A DNA stretch of 63,215 nt from a virus (Duplodnaviria > Caudoviricetes). The position numbers and the translations under genes are program-made. The first letter of the stretch is position 1. Each line of letters begins with the position of its first letter. The DNA lies in IMG/VR virus record IMGVR_UViG_3300020021_000008, positions 1 through 63,215 of that record. One strand, 5' to 3'. This document shows positions 46,386 through 56,139 of the stretch, one piece after another. Under the pieces are notes generated by a model. That model worked only from the letters and a program-made list of their open reading frames with translations, had not been told where the DNA came from and did not search any database.

Positions 46386-46775
46386 ATGCCAGGAGTTATT
46401 CACAGTGTTCCATGCGTTACGAAGCGCTTCAAGCGTCGTCGTTGCAGTGAATGCAAAGAGTTTTTCTCTCCGCGCAAATATGGGCAACGGTGCTGTTCAC
46501 GGAAATGTCAAGGGAGTTGGAACAAAGCACTTAGGAATGCCCTGGCGGAACCGCGATCGGGACCATCACCGGAACCCATCCACGGAAACCCGGTAAATTT
46601 GACCGCCACGGTGGCACGTCCCCTTTCGATTGGGGTAAGACCGTCAAAAGGGGTTGCCCCTTCCTTGCCCGTTTATCCGGGGTTTCCGGCGGGGTGGGCA
46701 AACTGGCCCCGACACCGCCGTCTCCTACACGAGACAGCTAGATTTGGAATTTTGCTCGAAGATATTGGACTATAG
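46386..46775 (+). CDS. Cys-rich hypothetical protein ending LEDIGL
   Basis: CSEC..F....Q.CCSRKC. Confidence 0.55.
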   Translation: MPGVIHSVPCVTKRFKRRRCSECKEFFSPRKYGQRCCSRKCQGSWNKALRNALAEPRSGPSPEPIHGNPVNLTATVARPLSIGVRPSKGVAPSLPVYPGFPAGWANWPRHRRLLHETARFGILLEDIGL

Positions 46776-46793
46776 CTTAAGAGGAGATCTTCC

Positions 46794-47135
46794 ATGCTGT
46801 GCGTCTTCATTTGCTCTCCCTACCGTGCCGCCAATTCCGGCACCCATCTCCGCAACACCGACTACGCCCGCCAGGCCATGTTCGACAGCTTTGCCCGAGC
46901 TGAGGCCCCATTCGTACCGCACATCCTCTACCCCCAGATCCTGAACGACGACGACGAGGTGGACCACAATCTCGCGATCGCTGCGGCTAACGCCTGGATG
47001 GAAATGGCCGACACTCTCGCGGTGTATGAGGATCTGGGGATTAGCGCTGGAATGGCGGCGGAGATTAAACTGGCGCAGGAGTTGGACATTCACGTAGAGT
47101 ACCGCTCAATTGCCACAGAAGGAACTGCAGCATGA
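46794..47135 (+). CDS. Nucleoside 2-deoxyribosyltransferase-like/DUF4406-type small protein
   Basis: FICSPY..APFVPH.LYPQ..AVYEDLGISAGMAAEI. Confidence 0.65.
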   Translation: MLCVFICSPYRAANSGTHLRNTDYARQAMFDSFARAEAPFVPHILYPQILNDDDEVDHNLAIAAANAWMEMADTLAVYEDLGISAGMAAEIKLAQELDIHVEYRSIATEGTAA

Positions 47136-47154
47136 CCGTTCGGGATAACTAGCC

Positions 47155-48666
47155 GTGCCAGTCATCCGCACCGACGAACTCGTCGAGGGCCAGCGCACCC
47201 CACAGCAGGAGCAGATTTACAATGGTCTGGACTGCTGTGTGACGTTCGAGGTACATGAGGCGCTCCAAACGCTCTTCAACGTGGAGCCTGAGGTCTATGG
47301 GTTTGAGCGGGCGCTCCAGGGACCAGCGCTCGAAATGTCGATGAGAGGGTTTAGGATTGATGAAACCGAGAGGCGAATTGGTGCAGCGGCGCTAAGGCGC
47401 AAGCTCGTCAGGTTAGACAACGTGTTGCAGCAACTCGCGTTCGCCGTGTGGGGAAAGGGCCTTAACCCCAGGTCACCCAAACAGCTGATCGACTTCTTCT
47501 ACGGCACGATGCACCTGCCGGAACAATGGTCCAGCAAGAAGGGCGTGAGGCGGCTCTCCACCGATAGGGAGACCCTGGAGAAGCTCCAGATCTACTTCCA
47601 CGCCCTCCCCATCATCACCACCATTTTGGCAGTTCGTGATTATGCAAAGCAATTGGAGGTACTGGAGACCGAGATCGACCCGGACGGCCGGTTTCGTACA
47701 AGCTTTAATATCGCAGGAACTGAGACATGGCGGTTCAGCAGCTCAGGTAGTGTCACTGGAACGGGGAGAAATATCCAAAACATTGCTCCCGAATTACGCA
47801 AAATGTTCGTGGCGGACCCCGGCTACATTCTGGTCGGTATCGATCTGGAGCAGGCGGAGAGTCGAGAGGTGGGTTGGCTCTGCGGCACCATTCTGGGCGA
47901 TTGGACCTATCTCGATGCGTGTTACAGTGGAGACCTGCACGTTACCACAGCAAAGCTTATCTGGAGAGATCTCGGTTGGACTGGAGATCCGAAGCGCGAC
48001 CGAGCTTTGGCTGACGTCAAATTCTATCGTGAGTTCTCATATCGGGACCTGGCCAAGCGAGGGGGACACGGTAGTAACTATATGGGTACGCCGTGGACTA
48101 TGGCGAGGCATCTCAAAGTGGTGCTTCGTCTTATGGAAGATTTCCAAAGGGCGTATTTCACTGCGTACCCGGCCATTCCCAAATGGCACAGGTGGGTTGC
48201 TACGCAAATCCAAACCACGCACCAGCTCACTACTCCGTGGGAGGTGACGAGGACGTTTTTCGGCAGGCCGAGCGACGACACCACGCTCCGCGAAGCGATA
48301 GCATTCAGCCCACAGAGTTCTACTGCGATGCGGATGAACCTCGGCATGTGGAGGGTCTGGAATGAAATGGGATCGGACGTTCAACTTCTCGCTCAAGTCC
48401 ACGACGCCATTTACTTCCAGGTCCCCATCACCAGCGACATTCCAGCGATTTGTTCTCGTGCCCTCAGTCTCATCGATATCCGTCACAGTCACGGTGGACG
48501 TGAGTTGGTCGTGCCGGGAGAATGCAAGGTTGGATTCAACTGGGCCGCGCACCACGTCCACGACGAGAAGTGTCAGCCCGGTTGCACTCTAACTGTCAAC
48601 CCTAATGGACTGCGGAAGGGCACCGCCCTTCGACCCAGACTGGAGGGCCTCGACCGCGTGTTCTAA
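47155..48666 (+). CDS. polA: Family A DNA polymerase (ExoIII plus polymerase domain)
   Basis: YNGLD, TETWRFSS, DLEQAESR (motif A), RDLAKRGGHGSNY (motif B), QVHDAI (motif C). Confidence 0.92.
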   Translation: MPVIRTDELVEGQRTPQQEQIYNGLDCCVTFEVHEALQTLFNVEPEVYGFERALQGPALEMSMRGFRIDETERRIGAAALRRKLVRLDNVLQQLAFAVWGKGLNPRSPKQLIDFFYGTMHLPEQWSSKKGVRRLSTDRETLEKLQIYFHALPIITTILAVRDYAKQLEVLETEIDPDGRFRTSFNIAGTETWRFSSSGSVTGTGRNIQNIAPELRKMFVADPGYILVGIDLEQAESREVGWLCGTILGDWTYLDACYSGDLHVTTAKLIWRDLGWTGDPKRDRALADVKFYREFSYRDLAKRGGHGSNYMGTPWTMARHLKVVLRLMEDFQRAYFTAYPAIPKWHRWVATQIQTTHQLTTPWEVTRTFFGRPSDDTTLREAIAFSPQSSTAMRMNLGMWRVWNEMGSDVQLLAQVHDAIYFQVPITSDIPAICSRALSLIDIRHSHGGRELVVPGECKVGFNWAAHHVHDEKCQPGCTLTVNPNGLRKGTALRPRLEGLDRVF

Positions 48667-48691
48667 TGAACAACGAGAGGGGAACCCCTGG

Positions 48692-49876
48692 GTGGATTGG
48701 ATTGACGACTACTTGGTGTCCACGGAAAATGTGGCCTCGCCAGAGATCTTTCGTCTCTGGGCGGGGATCAGCTGTATCGCCGGGGCGCTCGAGCATCGAG
48801 TCACCGCGAGAACCTCCATGGGGGAGATATTTCCGAACCTCTATGTGCTGTTGGTGTCACCTCCAGGCATTGGTAAGAGCGAGGCACTCAAACCAACCCG
48901 AGACCTCTGGATGGGAACCAAGCATATTAAAGTTGCCCCCAACAGCACCACCAAAGCAGCACTGTTGGACGTGCTCGAGTCCAGCCACCAGATCGAGACG
49001 AACAACCCACTCAAGCTCGTGGAGTACCACTCACTGTCGATGGCCAGCAGTGAGTTCGGAGTGTTGCTCCCCTCGCATGATATGGAGTTCCTCTCGGTAC
49101 TCACCGACATTTACGACAACCCAAAAGTCTTTTCGGAGAGCCGCCGTACCAGCAAATCCGTTGACATTATCAACCCTCAGCTCAACATTATCGCCGGCAC
49201 CCAGCCAGGGTATCTCGCCTCGCTCTTTCCGGAGGAAGCGTGGAGCATGGGGTTTATGAGCCGCGTCATTATGGTGTACGCCGGAGCCGCTCCCCGCCTG
49301 GGGCTCTTCGATGACTACACTCGGCTCTCCACGGATGCACTGCTCACCGGGCTGAAGCAGATGATCACCACCAATGCCGAGTGTGGTTGGGCGCAGAGCG
49401 CCCAGGACGAGCTGTCGCGGTGGTACGACGCCGGGCTGCCACCCATTCCGTCCCACTCCCGCCTGAGCAATTATTGCGCCAGGCGACTGGTCCACGTCAT
49501 CAAGCTCTCGATCATCTCCACCGTCAGCCGTACCAATGGTAGTGGTAATCCCCTGGTGATCACGCTCTTCGACGTCGATCGGGCTCGAAATTGGCTGCTG
49601 GCTGCCGAGGTCGTAATGCCGGATGTGTTCCGAGCTATGGCTGGGAAATCCGACATGACGCTACTGATGGAGATGCACTTCTACTTCTGGCGCTCGTATG
49701 TCGTGGACAAGGCCCCCATCCACGAAGCCAAACTAATCCAGTTCATCTCGGCGAAAACCACTTCAGAGCGTGGCCCGCGACTGCTGGATATTGCCGTGCG
49801 AGTCGGAATGTTCGCTAAAATCCCCGGAACTGATCTCTACACCCCACGCCCACATAGTGACTTCGGAATGGAATGA
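48692..49876 (+). CDS. DUF3987/YfjI-like P-loop protein (replicative helicase-like)
   Basis: PNLYVLLVSPPGIGKS, SSEFG, GFMSRVI; GTG 48692 preferred as start. Confidence 0.75.
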   Translation: MDWIDDYLVSTENVASPEIFRLWAGISCIAGALEHRVTARTSMGEIFPNLYVLLVSPPGIGKSEALKPTRDLWMGTKHIKVAPNSTTKAALLDVLESSHQIETNNPLKLVEYHSLSMASSEFGVLLPSHDMEFLSVLTDIYDNPKVFSESRRTSKSVDIINPQLNIIAGTQPGYLASLFPEEAWSMGFMSRVIMVYAGAAPRLGLFDDYTRLSTDALLTGLKQMITTNAECGWAQSAQDELSRWYDAGLPPIPSHSRLSNYCARRLVHVIKLSIISTVSRTNGSGNPLVITLFDVDRARNWLLAAEVVMPDVFRAMAGKSDMTLLMEMHFYFWRSYVVDKAPIHEAKLIQFISAKTTSERGPRLLDIAVRVGMFAKIPGTDLYTPRPHSDFGME

Positions 49877-49897
49877 GGCGGCCCTAGGGCCGCCTCA
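49872..49897. terminator. Hairpin at the convergence of the replication and lysis modules
   Basis: ATGAGGCGGCCCTAGGGCCGCCTCAT palindrome. Confidence 0.6.
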
Positions 49898-49959
49898 TCA
49901 CACATTCATTCACCGCATGGTGGGCCTGCTATTTCCAGACCCCCATTACTCCCACCCAA

Positions 49960-50403
49960 CTACGGTGCAGGAGTCGGCGGAGTGGTTGTAACCGTTCCGT
50001 CGGTGGCAGTGGTGGTAGTGCTTCCGTCGGAAAACGTCACCGTGACGCTGCCGTCTGCATTGGTCACGGTGGACACCACAGTGGGTGTTCCGACGGAAGC
50101 CGCCGCAGGAGTGTTCGCGACAACCGCCGCCGAGAGTCCTGCCGTGTTCGCCTGGATGTTGGTGAGGATAGCGGTGAGCTTGGTCGGATCGCCGCTAGCA
50201 ATCGCCGCAGTGAGATCAGCGCTTAGCTCGTTGAGCAGCGCAATGACGCTGGCCTCTACGGTTGCTTCCGCCGCTACCGCTGCCGCAATGTCGTCCAAAT
50301 TCGCCATAACCTGTGACTCCTTGATCGTGAGTTGCTGTACCAGTTGAATCAAGTGATCCAACTTGGCATCGGTGTCTCCGTGGACGTAAATGTCGAGTCT
50401 CAC
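49960..50403 (-). CDS. Hypothetical coiled-coil protein of the lysis region
   Basis: GGGAG RBS before GTG; Ala-rich helix with Thr-rich tail. Confidence 0.7.
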   Translation of the reverse strand: MRLDIYVHGDTDAKLDHLIQLVQQLTIKESQVMANLDDIAAAVAAEATVEASVIALLNELSADLTAAIASGDPTKLTAILTNIQANTAGLSAAVVANTPAAASVGTPTVVSTVTNADGSVTVTFSDGSTTTTATDGTVTTTPPTPAP

Positions 50404-50430
50404 CTCCCTATCCTCCCGGGCTGTTGATGA

Positions 50431-51357
50431 TTACTGAGACTTGAGTGGCCGATTGCAAATCTGCGGGTAGAGCGCATTGTCGGTCGGCATTACGGAGTCT
50501 GGAAAGGTCTTGTGCCAGATTATCGAGGTGATCCGCATATCGCTAGCATGGATCAAATTTCGCACAATATCACTCGCACAGAACTGCGTTTCCACCTCAG
50601 CAAGCCGTGAGTCTATCGTCTGCATCTGGCCGTTCCGTGCCTGCTGACCAGCACTGAACATATTTTCAAGGTTTCTGACTCGATCATTGAGTTGTCCTCG
50701 ATCAGACCTACTTTGCACATCAGCCGCCACGGAGCCGTTTGTTACGTTTTCGAGTTGGCTTATCCGCGTCACATCAGTGTTGATCGTTGATTGCATACCA
50801 CTCTGTTGCACAACAACCGGGGTTATGACTGCATCGATTTTGAGTCCAATGATCAACCAGACCCCACTCACCATGAGCAGGAAGAGCGAGCCGACCGAGG
50901 CCATGAGTGGCCAATTGGGCTTGCTCTGATTTTCGATCTTCTCGGAGATAGGTTTAATCTCGGAGTCAAACCGGTTCCCCAGTCCCAAAATCTTGCCATC
51001 GAGCCGCTCAGCTACTGAGCTGATCGCTTTTTGCAGCCCATCCGTTACAATATCGTGCTCGGACCGATTAATGAACTTCGAGGCCTGATCCGTCAGCGTT
51101 CCCCGAAACTCATTAACACTATCAAAGCGCTTCTCATTGGCGACCTCGGCTTTACTAACTGCCCGATCGGCTGCGGCCAGTGCTGCTGCCACCGCCTTTT
51201 CCGCCGCATCAAGCGCCGCACCCAAAGCTTCTTGCTGAGCCGCAAACCGTTGCTCATATCGCAAGTCCCGCTCGCGGTTAATTCGAATAAACAGTTCTCT
51301 CAGTCCTCCAACTGTTAGAGCACCTGCCTCGAGTTCGGTTTCGGTTTCGTCGGGCAC
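50431..51357 (-). CDS. Coiled-coil protein with one TM helix
   Basis: EKRFDSVNEFRGTLTDQ; TM segment WPLMASVGSLFLLMVSGVWLII. Confidence 0.7.
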   Translation of the reverse strand: MPDETETELEAGALTVGGLRELFIRINRERDLRYEQRFAAQQEALGAALDAAEKAVAAALAAADRAVSKAEVANEKRFDSVNEFRGTLTDQASKFINRSEHDIVTDGLQKAISSVAERLDGKILGLGNRFDSEIKPISEKIENQSKPNWPLMASVGSLFLLMVSGVWLIIGLKIDAVITPVVVQQSGMQSTINTDVTRISQLENVTNGSVAADVQSRSDRGQLNDRVRNLENMFSAGQQARNGQMQTIDSRLAEVETQFCASDIVRNLIHASDMRITSIIWHKTFPDSVMPTDNALYPQICNRPLKSQ

Positions 51358-51359
51358 GG

Positions 51360-51908
51360 TTACGCTCCGGGAGACAATAATGGCGGAGTGGACTGTGCCA
51401 GGAGTTCGGTCTTGCGGTCACTTCCAGCACTGGTCCCAAAGTAGTACCCTACACACGAGATCCAGGCAGTACCCAGCACTCCAGTCATTGCAACCAGAAG
51501 ATCGTGGGAGGTCGTTGGGACAGAGGCAAAGCACAAAAATGTGAGCAGGCCAAAAAACCCCACTGTCAAGCCATACGCCAATATCGCTGGGGTGCGATCC
51601 TTGACAGCAGTTTCGCGTTCACGCGCACTTGCGCGGTCCCCAGCAGCTACAGTCTCAGCACTCACATCGAGTTGTTTGAGCGCCAGTGTGAATTGTTGTT
51701 CCGCGCTCTTGATGGCAAGGAGTTGGTCCGGAGTCGCTCCTACGATCGCCGCCGCTACAGCAGGTGCTGGCGTAGTAGGATCCAACCCAAGCGCCCCCAC
51801 CAGCAAATTCGCGGCCAATCCACCGAGAGGTCCACCAACAGCACTACCCAAGGTCGGTGCCACCACACCGAGTACCTGCTTAGCCTCATCCCAAAAAGAG
51901 TTTACCAT
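51360..51908 (-). CDS. Holin-like membrane protein
   Basis: APTLGSAVGGPLGG..DRASARERE..two TM..YYFGTSAGS; follows the endolysin gene. Confidence 0.7.
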   Translation of the reverse strand: MVNSFWDEAKQVLGVVAPTLGSAVGGPLGGLAANLLVGALGLDPTTPAPAVAAAIVGATPDQLLAIKSAEQQFTLALKQLDVSAETVAAGDRASARERETAVKDRTPAILAYGLTVGFFGLLTFLCFASVPTTSHDLLVAMTGVLGTAWISCVGYYFGTSAGSDRKTELLAQSTPPLLSPGA

Positions 51909-51914
51909 GGTCAG

Positions 51915-52391
51915 CTACCCCAGCGGCTTCGCCGCCACAGAGTGAAATGCCAGCGAAACGCCAGCAGCCACCACGGCGCTGCTGTACCACTCCGGCCGAC
52001 CGTATTTCAGCGGATCCCCGAGTTCGAACCGAATGAGGGCCTCGATGAACGCCGGCGCAGTGGCCTCGGTAATGCTGATCGTCTGGTCTGGGCTCAGTCC
52101 CAGTTGCACCGCTACGAACGTGATGTACTGGTCAGTTGGATTGTCGTCGCTAGACGGTGCCCAGCGGTTCATGATCTGGCGAATGGTGTGGAGTCCGTAG
52201 TTCTCCTCGTATCGCAGGAGGATCCGCACTCCGGCCCGAATGCCGTGTTCAGCGTCACCAAACATCAAGTACCCCGGTTCACCGCCTGTGGTGTCGGTTC
52301 CCACTATGCCCTCCCAGGGCTGGCTGGGGCGCAGGTTGAGCGGATTGTTATTGCGATAGCCGCGAGGCAGAGGCTTAGGTGCTGTTGTCAT
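51915..52391 (-). CDS. Lysozyme-like endolysin/virion muramidase
   Basis: PRGYRNNNPLNLR..F....GIRA..TIRQIMNRWAP..DNPTDQY. Confidence 0.75.
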   Translation of the reverse strand: MTTAPKPLPRGYRNNNPLNLRPSQPWEGIVGTDTTGGEPGYLMFGDAEHGIRAGVRILLRYEENYGLHTIRQIMNRWAPSSDDNPTDQYITFVAVQLGLSPDQTISITEATAPAFIEALIRFELGDPLKYGRPEWYSSAVVAAGVSLAFHSVAAKPLG

Positions 52392-54136
52392 CGCTGTTGT
52401 CCATTCAAGGCGTTGCGGACTTTCGGCTCACCGTACAGGTCAGTCCCTGCCACCGGGGCAATAGCCCCCGCGGCATCAAGGGCATTTATTTGCCCGAGTG
52501 CCCGACGAATGAGTGTGTTGGTGAGTGCGGGAGAGCCCTGGACCTGCCGCCGAGTCGCTTCGAGCAGATACTTGGACCCCGCTGTGGCCAGGCCCGTAAG
52601 CACTGCCTCATGTGGATCGTTCCTCGCAGCGAAATCGACCGCCCCACTCAGCGCTCCGGTAGTAGCACTCTCCCTTGCTGATGGCAGTTTAACTCCGCCA
52701 CCAACCGTAGGAGATGCCAAGAACTTTCCAACCTGCGCCAACTGGTCCATGTCATCCGAACCCCGACCAGCCTTGGCCGCGTTCTGGAGCGTCTGCGGAT
52801 TGATAATTCCAGTCGGACCTGCCGCAAGCGCAGGCTTCTCCAGCCTTAGCGTATCAGCATATTGTTGCCGTAACTGCCCCCAACGGCCTGCATCAGCACC
52901 AGCACCCTGTTCGAACTGGTCGTGGATTAGGTCGAGGAGATCTCCGGAGATGTGAGCGGTGGGAGAGCCGCTCCGGGCATCGCGGCCAAGCATCGAGTGC
53001 GAGTCAGCCAGGCTCTGCAGCGTCGGACCGTCGATTTGCCCAGGGATCAACTGACCGGTGGTCTGGTCATAGCGAGCATTACCGACGGCCCCTCTCAGGC
53101 GATCGAACATCCCGAGCACCTTAGTGCGTTCTGCCGTATCGGTCAGCGAAACCTGCTGCCCACCCTGACTGACAGTTTTACTCGGTTGGAACTCCTCCAG
53201 GGCCTGGTTCCGCAGTGCCGATACTCTGCTGCCAAAATCTGGTGTGGCAATGAGTCCATGCTGCCCCATCAGATCATCCATGCCCTGGCCTACGGCCTGG
53301 AGATTTGCCTGGACCGCTTGCGGAGTCACCCGGTTTCCAGGCATTCCTGCTACATCGGTTGCAGCCTTAGTGAAGTCCTGTAACTGCTCCCGTGTCCCAC
53401 CAACTGGCGCACCTTCGTTGCTAATTTGCGAGGGCAGTAACTTCACCCCAAACCGCTGATCCGCAGCCCGGGCCATCAGTGCCACATCAGGATCCACTCT
53501 TGGCAACAAATAGTTCCCAATCGCTCTACCACCAACTGCCAACGGACCGCCGAGGAGCGCTCCGGTTGCCATCTGCTCTCCAACCGGCACGTCAGGATGC
53601 GCAGACGAGGTTGCCGCCGCCGCAAGTCCACCTTGGAGTGCTCCGGTCAGTGCAGCACCAGTAAGTCCAGTTCCGGCCAGTGCAGTCACTGGCGCCGCCA
53701 CAGCAGCGATTGGTAGCGTCCCAGCTACCTGTCCGGCAAACCGTCCCCACTGCCCAGCATTGCTTTTGCCCTCCGGCGAGGCCTCATAAGCGGTCCGTGC
53801 AGCAGTGCCCTTCGTCGCCAATGCATCAGGGTCGATACCAAGTGCGTCATCAATACGCTTCGCCATCGGGAACTTTTCGTCGGTCCACTTCCCGAGATTA
53901 ACAACCGAGTTTCCAACGTCCTGTAGTCCCTGGTAAGCGCCGCGAACCTGGGCACCAGTCACACCAGCGGGAGGGGGGACCGAAGGTCCCCCCGCTGCCA
54001 CCTCCGCCGGCGAGGGCGTCACATCGGTGCCAAACGCGAGCTTCTCAAACGAGTTTGCTGGGACGGGACCTGGGTCAGGAGTAGCGGGAGCGGCCTTGCC
54101 ACTCCCGAATGCCATGGTTTCGAAATCATCTGCCAT
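52388..54136 (-). CDS. DNA ejection (internal virion) protein
   Basis: Ala/Gly-rich, third gene of the ejection-protein cluster. Confidence 0.6.
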   Translation of the reverse strand: MADDFETMAFGSGKAAPATPDPGPVPANSFEKLAFGTDVTPSPAEVAAGGPSVPPPAGVTGAQVRGAYQGLQDVGNSVVNLGKWTDEKFPMAKRIDDALGIDPDALATKGTAARTAYEASPEGKSNAGQWGRFAGQVAGTLPIAAVAAPVTALAGTGLTGAALTGALQGGLAAAATSSAHPDVPVGEQMATGALLGGPLAVGGRAIGNYLLPRVDPDVALMARAADQRFGVKLLPSQISNEGAPVGGTREQLQDFTKAATDVAGMPGNRVTPQAVQANLQAVGQGMDDLMGQHGLIATPDFGSRVSALRNQALEEFQPSKTVSQGGQQVSLTDTAERTKVLGMFDRLRGAVGNARYDQTTGQLIPGQIDGPTLQSLADSHSMLGRDARSGSPTAHISGDLLDLIHDQFEQGAGADAGRWGQLRQQYADTLRLEKPALAAGPTGIINPQTLQNAAKAGRGSDDMDQLAQVGKFLASPTVGGGVKLPSARESATTGALSGAVDFAARNDPHEAVLTGLATAGSKYLLEATRRQVQGSPALTNTLIRRALGQINALDAAGAIAPVAGTDLYGEPKVRNALNGQQR

Positions 54137-56127
54137 TACTGAGCCCCCTCAATGAGGCCCTGGTCATGACCAAGATGCCAACTGGCTTGGAACGCAGCCT
54201 TCTTCGCCGCAGAGAGGCCCTGGTAGTATTTCTGGGTATCGCTTTTGCTGAGGTCCGTCATGAAAGCATGTGGGTCCACCAGCGGTGCATTCTGTGCCAT
54301 CCAGTCGGAGTATTGTGCTGGTGCCGTTTGGGTGTTGGGATGCTGGGTGATGAACTCCTTGGTGAGGGCCTGGTTCATCCGAGTCATGGCGATGTTAGCA
54401 CCAAGAACCGTCTTGGCCGCCTCCGGAGAAATATCCACTGTCGGATTGGCACTCTCTCGAGTGTTCAATTCCTCCACACTCATTCGCCCATTCTTCAGGA
54501 TCAAGCCTTGGAGGTACTTGTTGGCCTCTTCCCGTTTCGCCACGTCCGGCTCACTCATGACGAACGGAATGAGGTTTGCGATCATCGAGGGTGTCATGGT
54601 GCGGATAATAGCGGAGGCCCGATACAGTTGTTCCGACCCTCGACCAGTAGTGGGAGTGCTGCTATCGAGTGCGTTGTACGCCGCCTGCATGGGATAGATT
54701 GCAGTCTGGTAGTTCGCGGCCGCAGTTCGAGCAATGCCAAAATCCTTGGCCGACTGTGCCATCGCCTCATCAGCACCGACCGGCAGTCCAACCGGCATGG
54801 CGCCAGGGACACCACCAGCAGCGGTAGCGGTGGGAGTGGCGGTCGGCCCCGCTGTCGGCGGCAGCAGTGATGGTGCTGTTGGTGCCGCCCCCTTGCCGCC
54901 AGGCATCAACTCACGTCCACCAGCATTCTGCGCCGCCTGAGTCAGCACATCTGACACGGTCATTCCAGCAAGCTTGGGATTTGCGCTCATTGCACTGGCA
55001 CTCAGCACCTGCGACGCTGGTTCGTATCCCGGAGCTTTCAGCAGCGCTGTTGCTCCAGCCGCTCCAAACCCATGCGCAAGGTAGAGGGTGTCAGCCCGAA
55101 TCCCACTCGCCGGAATGCCCCTATTCATCATGTCCTGGGCATTGGTTTGCATATACTGCTGGACCACATCCTTTGTGAGTTGGAGATTCTGGGGATCTAT
55201 GCGCATGGCGTAGATTTGCTGATCGGTTTTCCCCGTCACCAGTTCCGGATGAACTTTCGTAAGCTCTTGTTTCCAAGTGCTGTTAATCATGGCTGCCGCC
55301 CCGGCGGCACTGGAGTTTGGATCCTGCGCCGTCATGCCATAGATGGTGTTCTCGTGGCCGATAATGTGATTGACGAGATCGTCGGCAGTGCGAGTAGGAG
55401 CGCCAGCAGCACCAGGGGTGGGCGCCGGACCAGGACCTGGTGTTGGTACCACTGGTGGTGACGCCGGTGCTCCGAGTCCCCCGATAGGCGGCGGGCCTCC
55501 AGCCAATGCTCCCGTGATCGTCGGGGCTCCCACCAGCCCAGGCGCCACACCCGGTGCCGTAACTGCTGGCACCGTCTGTGCCACACCACCAGGACCCGGA
55601 GGACCAGTAACTCGCGAAGCCTGCTCGGCAGGTCCAGCTTGATTTTGCACCCAAGACTGTACAGGACTAATTGCTCCCGTAAGTTTGTTTCTCAGTGCTC
55701 CGTAGCCGGTCTGCGCACCAGTGTCGACGTTGAAGCCCTCAGGCACTTGGTAGCCGCCCCTGGTGTCGGCGCTCATGAGCGCCCCATTCACCGTGCGTAA
55801 TGCAGCGTCTCGTGCTACCCGATCCTTTTCGGCGTTGCCAGTAGCTGTTGGTAAGTTCGCTGCCATCGCCGCCGCGATGCGATCGGACTGAGGGTCGTTC
55901 AGTGACTTTGCTGCGAGTGTCAGCGCCTTGGCCCCATCTGCGGTTGTGGATCCAGGGTCCTGGAGCGCTCCCGCCAGGGCATTTCGCAGGAAATTCGTTT
56001 TGCCCTGTGCCACATCGAATTGAGTCGCAAGCGTCGATGCCTGCGCCCGGTTCATCTCGGCGCCTTCCAGCGACATTTTCATAATGTCGGGAGGCACATA
56101 CGCAGGGGCGATTGGGAGTGATGACAT
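54136..56127 (-). CDS. Ejection protein with a lytic transglycosylase-like domain
   Basis: IIGHEN..SSAAG....INSTW..LYLAHGFGAAGA..ANP. Confidence 0.65.
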   Translation of the reverse strand: MSSLPIAPAYVPPDIMKMSLEGAEMNRAQASTLATQFDVAQGKTNFLRNALAGALQDPGSTTADGAKALTLAAKSLNDPQSDRIAAAMAANLPTATGNAEKDRVARDAALRTVNGALMSADTRGGYQVPEGFNVDTGAQTGYGALRNKLTGAISPVQSWVQNQAGPAEQASRVTGPPGPGGVAQTVPAVTAPGVAPGLVGAPTITGALAGGPPPIGGLGAPASPPVVPTPGPGPAPTPGAAGAPTRTADDLVNHIIGHENTIYGMTAQDPNSSAAGAAAMINSTWKQELTKVHPELVTGKTDQQIYAMRIDPQNLQLTKDVVQQYMQTNAQDMMNRGIPASGIRADTLYLAHGFGAAGATALLKAPGYEPASQVLSASAMSANPKLAGMTVSDVLTQAAQNAGGRELMPGGKGAAPTAPSLLPPTAGPTATPTATAAGGVPGAMPVGLPVGADEAMAQSAKDFGIARTAAANYQTAIYPMQAAYNALDSSTPTTGRGSEQLYRASAIIRTMTPSMIANLIPFVMSEPDVAKREEANKYLQGLILKNGRMSVEELNTRESANPTVDISPEAAKTVLGANIAMTRMNQALTKEFITQHPNTQTAPAQYSDWMAQNAPLVDPHAFMTDLSKSDTQKYYQGLSAAKKAAFQASWHLGHDQGLIEGAQ

Positions 56128-56139
56128 GGAAATTCTCCG

